NCBI RefSeq assembly: GCF_017876815.1
Contig: NZ_JAGIOS010000001.1
Location: 2,940,001-2,972,000, forward strand
DNA from: Sinorhizobium meliloti
GTDB lineage: Bacteria; Pseudomonadota; Alphaproteobacteria; Rhizobiales; Rhizobiaceae
Length of the DNA: 32,000 nucleotides
Reading direction: 5' to 3'
Position 1 is the first letter of the stretch, and each line of letters opens with the position of its first letter. The translations under genes and the position numbers were made by a program. The notes beneath the pieces are model-generated. The model had not been told where the DNA came from. It saw nothing but the letters and a program-made list of their open reading frames with translations, and did not search any database. Positions 6,706 through 14,964 of the stretch are shown here, one piece after another.

Positions 6706-9363
6706 CTAGAACTTGAAGTTCAGCGATACCGTCGCGGTCCGCCCCGGAGCGGGATAGTAAAAGGCACCCAATGCCGGCGCATATTGCTCGTCGGTAACGT
6801 TGTTGATGGCGAGCCGCAGCTTGGCGCTGTCCGAGAAGCTGTAGGAGCCGTAGATATCGAATACCTTGTAGCCGGCGGTGTTGAACAGGCCCGCCAGCTG
6901 GCCCACCGTGGGCTTTGAATCGCTGACATAGGTCGCGCGTCCGCCGAGAACCAGCTTCCGCTCGAACAGGCGGATGCCGGCATCGAGCGTGAACTTGTTT
7001 TCCGGCGGGACGAACAGAACCGATGGCACCGGCGTGTTGCCACTTGCTGCAAGCGGGGTCCCGGACGCGGTCGGCCCGGAGTAACTGTAGGTGTCGGCGT
7101 AATCGGTTTTCAGGTAGGTATAGGAGGCGCCGACATAGGCTGATCCCATGTCGTAGCTCGCCTCGATCTCGACCCCGTTCATCGTGGTATCGCCGTCGAG
7201 ATTGACATGCTGGAAGAGGTTTTTGTCGAAGGTGGCGAAGTAACCATTTCCAAGCGTGATATAGTCCTGAATGGTCCTGTCGAAGTAGACCGTCTTGAGG
7301 CGCAGGCTGTCGCCGGCCGTGAACAGCCCGTCCCGTGCGATGTTGATCCCGAGCTCCCATGTCCGGCCCCGTTCCGGCTTGAGGTACGGGTTGGGGATAT
7401 AGGTGGCGATGGCATCACCGGGATGTCCGCCCGACGTCAGCGCTTCCATCACGGATGGCGGCCGGTAGGTATGCGCATAGGTAACGAAGGGTTGAATTCC
7501 TTCGAAGGGCATGACGGCGATCCGCGCCGACGGAAGAAGCGCGCCTCCGGACTTGTCGATATCGACCCGTTCCAAGACCGCCTCACCGCCGCCGTAAACG
7601 GGGTCCTCGTCGTAATAGGCGCACTCGCCGTCGTCATAAAAATAGCCGCACACTCCAGGGACCACGATGTAGCGCGGCTTCCTCCCTCCGACTTCCGTGA
7701 ACCCCTTCAGGCGGTAGCGGTCGTAGCGAAGGCCGGCACCGACCTCCAGCCAATCGTCATGCTCCAGGGTGGCGTTGAGGAACGCGCTCGTCATCGACCG
7801 GCGGCCGACCGGGTTCAATCCCTTGTAGCCGTAGGCCTCGTCGAAGCCTTGGTCGTCGACGAGAGGCGGCGTGGTCGTCTTGCCGTTGTCGGAATAGGCC
7901 TCGCCGCCGTAATTCAGCGAGAGGTCGCCCAGCGCCGTTTCGAAACGGCTCGTATTGTCGAGGCTGCCGCCGAAGCTCGTCATCGCATAGGTGATCGGAA
8001 GCCTCGGGGTATAATCGCGCAGTTCGTCATTGACCACGCGGTTGTACCAGAGGCGCCCCTTGAGATCGATCAGTTCGCTGTCGGGATCCCATTCGAAGGA
8101 TGAGCTGACGGTGTTGTTGAGGTAGTTCTGCGGGTCGTCGCGCAGGTCGCCGAAGACGAGTCCGCCCTGTATCGCCTCCGAGTCGTTGCGAAGCCAGCTG
8201 AGGTCGAAGGTGAAATCGTCCGACGGCGAGCCCTCGACTTTCAGAAGCGTGCCGAAGGTTTCGAGACGCGAGAACAGGAAAGAATCGTCGACTGCGGTCG
8301 TGACCGCAAGATCGAGCAGCGGGGACTTGCCGTTCTGGCCGAAGTCGTAGTCGCCGACCCGCTTGCGGCTGATGCCGCCGAGAACCGAGAAGTCCTCCGA
8401 GAATCTGGCAGCTCCGATCAGCGAGCCGTTGAAGTAGTAGGCATTGGTGCCGGTCTCGGCATTGAGTTCGACGCCCCGATCCCGGTCCGGCTTTATGATG
8501 TCGTCGGCCGTCACCGTGCGGAAATTCACCGCGCCGCCCAGCGAGCCTGCACCGCCGACGCCGGCGACTGCGCCTTTCTCGACCTCCACCGATCGAAGGA
8601 ATGCCGTGTCCACATAAACCCGCTGGCTGGCGCCGTGGCCGGCCCGCTGGAAATCCTGCCGCGCGCCGTCGATCATGGTGGTGACCCGGTTCTGATCCTG
8701 GAGGCCGCGCACATTGATTGCGATGCCGGGGTTCTGCGCTTCCGAGCGGTTACTGGTGACGCCGGCAACCGAGTCGAGCACGTCGTTGGCGTTGCGCGCC
8801 GCCCGGCTCTGCACAGCGTCACGCGAGACGACGCTGACGGAAGCCGGTTCCTCGTAGACCCAGTCGGGTGTCCCCTGAAAGCCGGCGCCCGAATTGGCAT
8901 TTCGCCCGGTTTTGCCGGTCACGACAATCCGCTTCAGAACGGTCGCGCCTTCCTCCGAGCCAGGCGCGCCAGCGTCTCCTGCGGGGCCGATGACCGCAGC
9001 GCGATTGGCCGTGAACTGATAGTGCACACCGGTGCCGTCCAGCAGTTGCGCCAGCGCCTGCTCCGGCGTCATCCTTCCGCGCACCGCACGGGTGGTGACG
9101 TTCGAGGTCCTGCCCGCTGCAGCCTGGCTGATCTGGATGCCTGACTGGCGGTTGAACAGGGCGAGGGCCGAGGCCAGCGGCTGCGACGGGATATCGAAGT
9201 TGCGGACCGCCTGCGACTGCTGCGGTGTGGCCGCGATTTCCTGGGCCGCCAGTTGCGGCGCAGTGCAGACCACGGCGATTGCTGCCGAGGTAGATAGAAG
9301 GAAACCGCGAAGGTACCTTGTGGTGAATTGTGTGTCGCGCTTTGACGCTGCCCCGTATGCCAT
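6706..9363 (-). CDS. TonB-dependent outer-membrane receptor/transducer with N-terminal STN signalling domain (HasR-like; heme-receptor-type FRAP/NPNL-like boxes)
   Basis: Signal peptide ...AVVCTAPQLAAQE. STN domain FDIPSQPLASALALFNRQSGIQIS...ALAQLLDGTGVHYQF (8998-9207). Plug LKRIVVTG. YRPPS...GGH...NPYLKPE lies at 7372-7467. The C-terminus ends in F (SLNFKF). The track ORF starts at GTG 9447; ATG 9363 is more plausible. Confidence 0.9.
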   Translation of the reverse strand: MAYGAASKRDTQFTTRYLRGFLLSTSAAIAVVCTAPQLAAQEIAATPQQSQAVRNFDIPSQPLASALALFNRQSGIQISQAAAGRTSNVTTRAVRGRMTPEQALAQLLDGTGVHYQFTANRAAVIGPAGDAGAPGSEEGATVLKRIVVTGKTGRNANSGAGFQGTPDWVYEEPASVSVVSRDAVQSRAARNANDVLDSVAGVTSNRSEAQNPGIAINVRGLQDQNRVTTMIDGARQDFQRAGHGASQRVYVDTAFLRSVEVEKGAVAGVGGAGSLGGAVNFRTVTADDIIKPDRDRGVELNAETGTNAYYFNGSLIGAARFSEDFSVLGGISRKRVGDYDFGQNGKSPLLDLAVTTAVDDSFLFSRLETFGTLLKVEGSPSDDFTFDLSWLRNDSEAIQGGLVFGDLRDDPQNYLNNTVSSSFEWDPDSELIDLKGRLWYNRVVNDELRDYTPRLPITYAMTSFGGSLDNTSRFETALGDLSLNYGGEAYSDNGKTTTPPLVDDQGFDEAYGYKGLNPVGRRSMTSAFLNATLEHDDWLEVGAGLRYDRYRLKGFTEVGGRKPRYIVVPGVCGYFYDDGECAYYDEDPVYGGGEAVLERVDIDKSGGALLPSARIAVMPFEGIQPFVTYAHTYRPPSVMEALTSGGHPGDAIATYIPNPYLKPERGRTWELGINIARDGLFTAGDSLRLKTVYFDRTIQDYITLGNGYFATFDKNLFQHVNLDGDTTMNGVEIEASYDMGSAYVGASYTYLKTDYADTYSYSGPTASGTPLAASGNTPVPSVLFVPPENKFTLDAGIRLFERKLVLGGRATYVSDSKPTVGQLAGLFNTAGYKVFDIYGSYSFSDSAKLRLAINNVTDEQYAPALGAFYYPAPGRTATVSLNFKF

Positions 9364-9484
9364 GAAATGCCCACTCTTCTGCTTGTCACAGGCACCGCCC
9401 CCGGTGCCGTCGACCAAATAGACAAAGCGGCAGATCGGTTTTTTCACGGGGTCATGGAAAAAACTTGAAAACGGATGTCATATT

Positions 9485-10549
9485 TTAGAAGCGAGAGATG
9501 ACGCGGGCGAAGCTCGAGATTCTCCTCACCTTGCCTCCATAAGGGTCGACCAGAGCGCCGAGCGCTTCGTCCGGCGCCGTGAGGTCGTAGATGCCCGTTA
9601 CCCGCTGGCTGCCGAGCACGGGATCCGGCAGGGATATCCAGGCTGGATGGTAACGTTGAATCCGTTCCACGACGGAGGAGATGGTGGCATTAACGACGTG
9701 AAGGCGTCCCTGTCGCCAGGCGCCGATAGACGCCGCGTCGATGTCGGAGGTCGTCATATCCTGCGCATCGCGGTCGAAGACGAGCGCTTTCCCGGGCGTG
9801 AGACGCCGCTCAGCAGATGCCTCCTTCCCGGACGGAGAGGCCGTGACCAGTCCCCGTTCAAGACTTACCCGGGTGCTTTCACTATCGACCATGACGTCGA
9901 ATGCCGTGCCGAGAACTTCGATTTCGAGACCGCCGGCATCGACGACGAATGGGCGCGCGGGATCGTGCGCCACATCGAAGTACGCTTCGCCCTGGAGCAG
10001 CCTGAGGCTGCGTCGGCTCTGACCGAAGTCCATGGCGATCGCGCTCCCGGGCGCCAAAGTCACGGTGCTGCCGTCCTCGAGCTCGAGGGAGCGGGTCTCC
10101 GCGGTCCCAGTGTGGTAATCCGATTGCAGGACGATCAGCAAGCCGGGAACCCACGCTACGAGAAGACAGATGGCCATCGCACAAGCTGCGATCGCCAAGG
10201 AAGCTCGGCCGCCGCGCCGGCCGGGCTTGAAGTTGTGCGCCGAGGGCTTGTCCCGAGCGGCTGGCAACGCTCCGACGGACAACCAGAGCCGACAGGTCTT
10301 CTCCCATTCCCGCCTGTGGTCTCGGGAAGTGGTGACCCATCGTTCGAAGTGCAAACGCATTTCGGGATCATCGGGCGCTTCGCGAATGCGAATGAGCCAG
10401 TCCGTCGCCTCTTTCGAGAGTTCCGCTGCATTATCGTCAGGCGTCATGGTTCCATCATCCAGCTGCGCGTAGTCCGCGTCTCGCTCACTTTGAAGATAGA
10501 CAGGCGAGAGATCGGCTTTTTTCAGATGTACCGAACGTTCATTCGTCAT
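9485..10549 (-). CDS. FecR-family anti-sigma factor / transmembrane sensor (HasS-like)
   Basis: N-terminal anti-sigma helix region (ATDWLIRIREAPDDPEMRLHFERWV), a single TM (LAIAACAMAICLLVAWVPGLLIV), and a periplasmic FecR domain (GEAYFDVAHDPARPFVV). Its ATG at 10549 overlaps the sigma gene stop by 11 nt. Confidence 0.9.
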   Translation of the reverse strand: MTNERSVHLKKADLSPVYLQSERDADYAQLDDGTMTPDDNAAELSKEATDWLIRIREAPDDPEMRLHFERWVTTSRDHRREWEKTCRLWLSVGALPAARDKPSAHNFKPGRRGGRASLAIAACAMAICLLVAWVPGLLIVLQSDYHTGTAETRSLELEDGSTVTLAPGSAIAMDFGQSRRSLRLLQGEAYFDVAHDPARPFVVDAGGLEIEVLGTAFDVMVDSESTRVSLERGLVTASPSGKEASAERRLTPGKALVFDRDAQDMTTSDIDAASIGAWRQGRLHVVNATISSVVERIQRYHPAWISLPDPVLGSQRVTGIYDLTAPDEALGALVDPYGGKVRRISSFARVISRF

Positions 10550-11096
10550 GGTCGAGGCCTGCCTTCAAGTGCTCCATGGCGTCCCTGACGAGGCGATGGG
10601 CCGTCGGTATCGAGATACTCAGTTCTTCGGCGATGTCCTTCAAAGTCGACCCCTCGAAGCGGTACAGTTCGAATGCCCGTCTCATGCGATCCGGAAGAGC
10701 TCCGAGCGCCTGGGCGACCCGGTCTGCGGCCTCGGACATCAGGAATTGGGCTTCCGGCGTCTCGACGGCCTGTGGCAGCGCCCACCACGGTATATCCGCG
10801 GACTCGACGACGTTGTTCTCAAGCTTTCGCCGCGACCGCTTGTTGAACGAAAGGTTGCGCACGATGCGAAACAGGTAGGTCTTCGGCGGCATGTGCTCGT
10901 CTGCCGTTTCCCGCACGAAGCGAAGATAGGCATCCTGCACGATATCCTCGGCATCGTCCTTCGATCCCAGCAGCGGCGCGGCATAGTCGATCAGGGACCT
11001 GCGGTGCCGCAGGTACATGTGAAAGCGGTCGCCCTTTTTTTCGATAGTCATTGTCCAGCCAGATATTCCGAGATCGCCGCGCTGGCCGTCGGCCAT
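10539..11096 (-). CDS. ECF (FecI-type) RNA polymerase sigma-70 factor (HasI-like)
   Basis: Region 2 DAEDIVQDAYLRFV and region 4 HTH LKDIAEELSISIPTAHRLVRDAM. The track ORF begins at TTG 11252. ATG 11096 (MADGQ...) or ATG 11051 (MTIEKK...) gives a normal ECF length of 170-185 aa. Confidence 0.88.
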   Translation of the reverse strand: MADGQRGDLGISGWTMTIEKKGDRFHMYLRHRRSLIDYAAPLLGSKDDAEDIVQDAYLRFVRETADEHMPPKTYLFRIVRNLSFNKRSRRKLENNVVESADIPWWALPQAVETPEAQFLMSEAADRVAQALGALPDRMRRAFELYRFEGSTLKDIAEELSISIPTAHRLVRDAMEHLKAGLDHDE

Positions 11097-11172
11097 TCTG
11101 GAAAGGACACCGGACGAACGCGCTAAACGAGCGGCTATGCTTATTCTGTCGCCCAGAATGCCGCAACAAAGT

Positions 11173-11187
11173 TGATTGAGATAATCA
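11173..11187. promoter_or_regulatory. TGA-N9-TCA palindrome (RirA iron-responsive-operator-like; also Fur-box-like GATAATCAT) upstream of the ECF sigma gene
   Basis: Read directly: tgattgagataatca in an AT-rich patch, about 80-120 nt upstream of the candidate sigma starts. The motif has low information content, so this is tentative. Confidence 0.3.
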
Positions 11188-11356
11188 TGTTTAAAGGCTG
11201 TTTTTCGTGGAAACGCCCCTCCAAAGCGAACTTTAAAAGCGAGGATCCTCAAACTGCTCCGAATTCTGCGAAAGACGCAGCGGCAGACTTAAATTCCGGC
11301 ACTTCCGGCTCTATATGGCGTTCTATGACCTCTTTGCGGTCACGAAATAGGGAAGG

Positions 11357-12376
11357 ATGGAAATGCAGCGTTTCGGACGAGTTATGGCCATTGCGGCGAT
11401 TGGTTTGGCATCTGTACTGACACTAGCCGATGTCGCCGATGCAAGGCGGGCGGGGGGTGGCTTCGGCTCACGCGGCAGCCGGACCTTTTCCACCCCGCCT
11501 GTAACCCGGACGGCGCCCGCGCCGGCCGCGCCGATCGACCGGACGATGACGCCGCGTCAGAACGCGCAGCCTTCGACCTCCACCAACCCCGCTGCGCAGA
11601 ATCGCACGACCAATGCGCGCCCGGGCTTCTTCAGTGGTTTCGGCGGATCGATGATCGGCGGTCTGATGATGGGCGGCTTGATCGGCATGCTGCTCGGCCA
11701 CGGTATCGGCGGCGGCATCGGCTTCCTCGGACTGCTGCTGCAGGTCGGCCTCGGCGTTCTGCTGATCTCCCTTGCGATGCGTTTCTTCGGCCGCAATCAG
11801 CGTCCTGCCTATTCGGCGCCCTCGGCATCCGGCCGCTCTTCGGCGGCGACTGCGGGCTCGCCATCCTTCCGCATTCCTCGAATCGGTGAAGGTACGGGCG
11901 GTGCCGGCGCGGCGTCGCTCGCGACGCGATCGTCCGCTGCCGCACCGGCTTCCGGAAATGGCGATGAAATCACAGTCGGCCAGGAGGATCTCGATCGCTT
12001 CGAGGCGATGCTCAGAGATGTGCAGGCTGCCTACGGAGCGGAAGATTATGCGGCATTGCGCCGGCTGACGACGCCGGAAGCCATGTCCTACCTCGCGGAA
12101 GAGCTCAGCGACAACGCAACGAAGGGCCTGAAGAACGAGGTCCGTGACGTCCACCTCGTCCAGGGCGACCTCGCCGAGGCATGGAAGGAAAACGGTAGCG
12201 ATTACGCGACCGTTGCCATGCGCTACGAGAGCGTCGACGTGGTGCGCGACCGAGCCACCGGCCGCGTCGTCAGCGGCGATGCGGGTCGGCCGACCGAAGC
12301 GGTCGAAATATGGACGTTTCAGCGCAAGCCCGGCGCCGACTGGCAGGTATCCGCCATCCAGGGCGTCGAGGCTTGA
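11357..12376 (+). CDS. Tim44-like domain membrane protein
   Basis: Signal/TM N-terminus, Gly-rich TM block (GGSMIGGLMMGGLIGMLLGHGIGGGIGFLGLLL), and a C-terminal Tim44-like domain (EDLDRFEAMLRDVQAAY...EIWTFQRKPGADWQVSAIQ). The start may be the second ATG at 11363, which has better spacing to GGAAGGA. Confidence 0.85.
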   Translation: MEMQRFGRVMAIAAIGLASVLTLADVADARRAGGGFGSRGSRTFSTPPVTRTAPAPAAPIDRTMTPRQNAQPSTSTNPAAQNRTTNARPGFFSGFGGSMIGGLMMGGLIGMLLGHGIGGGIGFLGLLLQVGLGVLLISLAMRFFGRNQRPAYSAPSASGRSSAATAGSPSFRIPRIGEGTGGAGAASLATRSSAAAPASGNGDEITVGQEDLDRFEAMLRDVQAAYGAEDYAALRRLTTPEAMSYLAEELSDNATKGLKNEVRDVHLVQGDLAEAWKENGSDYATVAMRYESVDVVRDRATGRVVSGDAGRPTEAVEIWTFQRKPGADWQVSAIQGVEA

Positions 12377-12600
12377 CCTCGAGGCCATGGCGGCCCGGTT
12401 CCGTCGGGGGGAGGCTCTTGGTCATACAGGCGTTGCGACCCTCGACGGGGAAGGGCGAAGATCGGCTATTGACGGCGCCGCTCTTTGCCGCTCTTTTCTG
12501 ACATGCGAGCTCGCCGTAACCTATTGATTCCAGGGCTTCGTTGCGGCGGTTCGGTGCAGTGGCTGTTTTTTTGACTGCAGCCCGGTCCAGGAGCAGCGAT

Positions 12601-13326
12601 ATGAAGAAGCTTGGCATGACAACGAACAGCTCGGGCGGGGCAGCGTTCTTCGCCGTGGCAATCACGGTGTCGGCTTTGGCCTCCAGCGCTGCCGTGGCGG
12701 CGGATTGCAAGAGCTCAGCCAGAGCCGGGATCGACTGGCAAGACTGCAACAAAAAGCAGATCATGCTTGGCGGCAGCGACCTTCCGGGGAGCAATCTGTT
12801 CAACACCGACTTCACGATGACCGACTTGCGCGGGGCCAATCTCACTTCCGCAAATCTCGAAAAGGCGACGCTCGTTCGCGCTTCGCTTGCCGGGGCGAGG
12901 GCGGACAAGGCGAATTTCAGCAGGGTCGAGGCCTATCGGGGCAATTTTTCAGCGATTTCTGCGGAAAACGCCTCCTTTGCGAGTGCGGAACTGCAGCGCA
13001 CCGATTTTACCGGAGCGCGTCTAACAGGCGCCGACTTCGAGAAGGCGGAACTCGGGCGCGCCAATTTCGACAAGGCTGTGCTGACCGGCACGCGTTTTTC
13101 CATGGCCAATCTTTCGCGCGCCAAGCTGAGCGGTGCGGTGCTCGAAGGGCCGATCGATCTGGATCGGGCCTTTCTCTTTCTGACCAGGATAGAGGGCGTC
13201 GACCTTTCCAGCGCGTCCGGGCTCACACAGGAGCAGGTCGATCTCACCTGCGGTGACGGCGCGACCAAACTGCCATCGGGTCTGGCCGCGCCCGGCAAAT
13301 GGCCGTGCCCTCCCGACGACGATTGA
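12601..13326 (+). CDS. Secreted pentapeptide-repeat protein
   Basis: ATG 12601 after AGGAG (the track ORF starts at TTG 12541). Signal peptide ...ALASSAAVAADC, followed by a long run of A(D/N)LxX pentapeptides (NLTSANLEKATLVRASLAGARADKANFSRV...). Confidence 0.85.
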   Translation: MKKLGMTTNSSGGAAFFAVAITVSALASSAAVAADCKSSARAGIDWQDCNKKQIMLGGSDLPGSNLFNTDFTMTDLRGANLTSANLEKATLVRASLAGARADKANFSRVEAYRGNFSAISAENASFASAELQRTDFTGARLTGADFEKAELGRANFDKAVLTGTRFSMANLSRAKLSGAVLEGPIDLDRAFLFLTRIEGVDLSSASGLTQEQVDLTCGDGATKLPSGLAAPGKWPCPPDDD

Positions 13327-13341
13327 ATGGTCCAGGGCGGT

Positions 13342-13629
13342 TCAACGGTCAGCGTTCGGTGCTGCAAGCCCGGCGGATACAAGCCTGAGACCGGGTAGGG
13401 CGGCCGGTGACGACTCCGCGCCGGATCTCCGTTCCTGCCGACTGTCGTGCGCCGCCGCTTCGGCCAGCTCATAGCCGAGAGCCAAGGCAATTTTCTTCAG
13501 CATTTCGCGGGCGCGAAACTCGTGACGGGTGATGGCCTGGCTCTCGGTGACGTAGTAGGCGGCACTGACCGCCTCGATGAGATTGAGGGCCGCGAGATTG
13601 ACGACGGCGTATGTCTCGGCGCGGATCAC
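13342..13629 (-). CDS. Hypothetical protein, second gene of a translationally coupled pair
   Basis: GTG at 13629 overlaps the upstream gene's stop (GTGA). No family recognised. The C-terminal third is low-complexity and may be read-through. Confidence 0.4.
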   Translation of the reverse strand: MIRAETYAVVNLAALNLIEAVSAAYYVTESQAITRHEFRAREMLKKIALALGYELAEAAAHDSRQERRSGAESSPAALPGLRLVSAGLAAPNADR

Positions 13630-13955
13630 AGGGCGCCTCCGAACTGCTGGCGGGAATTGTACGTACCGAGCTGCCGCTGCACCTGGTTCGCATCGGCGCC
13701 GCTGCCGAACTCGCGCTCGCGATTGAGTGCGAAGAAGGCATCGTCGACGAGGTCCGTCGCGGGCTGAGCTTCACGCTGGAAAACATGTCCATCTGCACCA
13801 AGGTGCCAGGCGAGCGAAGCCAGGCTGGAATAGGCGGAGGAGAGAAAGCACTTGAGCGCCATCTGGTTCTGCGCGTCGCTTGAACGGAGGAAATCGGCGG
13901 CGAAGAGTTCGTCGACCTGGCCATGAAGATCGGATCTGATTCGGGGGAGGGACAT
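13626..13955 (-). CDS. Hypothetical protein, first gene downstream of the repressor's operator-like sites
   Basis: ATG 13955 (MSLPRIRSDLHG...) with GAGGAG about 12 nt upstream. The track ORF starts at GTG 14021, inside the operator-like region. No family recognised. Confidence 0.45.
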   Translation of the reverse strand: MSLPRIRSDLHGQVDELFAADFLRSSDAQNQMALKCFLSSAYSSLASLAWHLGADGHVFQREAQPATDLVDDAFFALNREREFGSGADANQVQRQLGTYNSRQQFGGAL

Positions 13956-14012
13956 GTGGGTCTTATTCTCCTCGATTGACTGCCGGCGTTTCTCCGCCGC
14001 GCAATTTTTCCC

Positions 14013-14070
14013 TGTGTTCACTCAACATTGCACCTGACACGATACATGTCAACACGTTTTGTGTTGAGCT
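14013..14070. promoter_or_regulatory. Operator-like cluster of (A/G)TGTTGA / TCAACA(C/T) half-sites
   Basis: gtgttcactcaacat (14014-28) and the palindrome tcaacac-gtttt-gtgttga (14049-67), lying between the repressor stop and the 13955 start. They are related to the repeats at 14846-14876. Confidence 0.35.
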
Positions 14071-14140
14071 GACCGCCGCATCGAGGATGTCGTCGAGGTG
14101 CCGTCCAAACGAAAGGAGATCGTAACGGAGTTCGTATCGC

Positions 14141-14830
14141 TCAGGCGTTGCCGGCGAGCGCGATATAATGGACCGAGTGAACGGTATTGGCTTCGAAGCG
14201 CAGCTCCTTGTGAGGGTTGAACTGCTCGAGAACCAGTTCGGAGCTGTTGTGGCGCACGAATTTCTTGACATAGGCCAGCAGGGCGCCGCCTTCCTCCAGC
14301 CGAATCTGGGCGATCACATAGTCTCCCTTCCGGACGCGCCGGCTCGGATCGACGAAGCAGACCTCGCCGTCTTCGTAGCGCGGATACATCGAATCGCCTG
14401 AGACCGAGACCGCATAGGCGCCCGAGATATCCGAGAGTATCGGCGGCGCCATGACTTCGTACAACACATTGCCGTTCATTATGAATTCACCATCAACCCC
14501 GCCGACTGCCTGACCGAAGACCGGGATCTTTTCCCCCTGGCCGATGACCTTGGCGCCGATCCGGGCGTTCGGTACGTCGATTTCGGTCATTGTCGAGCCA
14601 AGCGCCGAGCCTGTAGGGATTCGGCGGTCGGTGCCGGTCAGCAGCCAAAGCGGGTCGACGTTGAACTTGCGTCCGTAAACTTCGGCTTCGCTGAGTTCGA
14701 ACTCATTCTGCCCATTCTCGTGGGCGCGATAGGTCGAGGCGACGATGCCCAAGGCATTCGCCGCGTCGGAGGCGAACCGATAGCCCGCTTTGACGCGCGC
14801 CTCGCGCAATCTTTCAGCTCTTTCGCTCAT
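14141..14830 (-). CDS. Phage CI/LexA-like repressor (XRE HTH plus S24 peptidase domain)
   Basis: ATG 14830 (MSERAERLREARVKAGY...). HTH SDAANALGIVASTYRAHENGQ, and an S24 catalytic region YAVSVSGDSMYPRYEDGEVCFVD...KGDYVIAQI.. (Ser/Lys dyad context). Confidence 0.9.
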   Translation of the reverse strand: MSERAERLREARVKAGYRFASDAANALGIVASTYRAHENGQNEFELSEAEVYGRKFNVDPLWLLTGTDRRIPTGSALGSTMTEIDVPNARIGAKVIGQGEKIPVFGQAVGGVDGEFIMNGNVLYEVMAPPILSDISGAYAVSVSGDSMYPRYEDGEVCFVDPSRRVRKGDYVIAQIRLEEGGALLAYVKKFVRHNSSELVLEQFNPHKELRFEANTVHSVHYIALAGNA

Positions 14831-14845
14831 GACACGGACATAGCA

Positions 14846-14876
14846 ATGTTGAGAACACAAATCATGTTGACAACAC
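14846..14876. promoter_or_regulatory. Two direct operator-like repeats ATGTTGA(G/C)AACAC in the divergent promoter region
   Basis: atgttgagaacac (14846-58) and atgttgacaacac (14864-76), spaced 18 bp apart, between the repressor start (14830) and the divergent gene start (14965). Confidence 0.4.
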
Positions 14877-14964
14877 GACATTATAGATGTCATGGATAAA
14901 GTCAAGTCGCGGCTGCGCTTGCTCCGTGACTGCTGGGAGCGCCGGAAAGGGAGTAGGAGAAGCG

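Noticed and set aside
6438-6716. 92-aa and 84-aa plus-strand ORFs in the receptor-hemophore spacer.
   Set aside because: They are translations of the palindromic RIME-like repeat (the PAPSPRERGEG pseudo-peptide). They have no RBS and lie entirely within the repeat.
7207-8103. 298-aa plus-strand ORF, plus other ORFs inside 6706..9447.
   Set aside because: They are antisense or out of frame relative to the TonB-dependent receptor gene, whose frame shows the STN domain, the plug and a terminal Phe.
9364-9447. N-terminal extension of the receptor from GTG 9447 (MKKPICRF...).
   Set aside because: The extension is not signal-peptide-like, whereas ATG 9363 is followed by a basic n-region and a hydrophobic core ending in AQE. 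It is kept as an alternative only.
9364-9484. Possible ECF-dependent promoter upstream of the receptor gene (GAAAAAACC...TGTC on the minus strand).
   Set aside because: I could not match it convincingly to any FecI-type -35/-10 consensus I can recall. It is too weak to annotate.
9647-10588. 313-aa plus-strand ORF.
   Set aside because: It is antisense to the FecR-type anti-sigma gene. No motifs were seen.
11097-11252. N-terminal extension of the ECF sigma factor from TTG 11252.
   Set aside because: It would give a 237-aa ECF with an unstructured leader and would swallow the AT-rich promoter and iron-box-like region. ATG 11096 or 11051 gives a canonical length.
11468-12388. 306-aa minus-strand ORF.
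   Set aside because: It is antisense to the Tim44-like gene and is an Arg-rich artefact.
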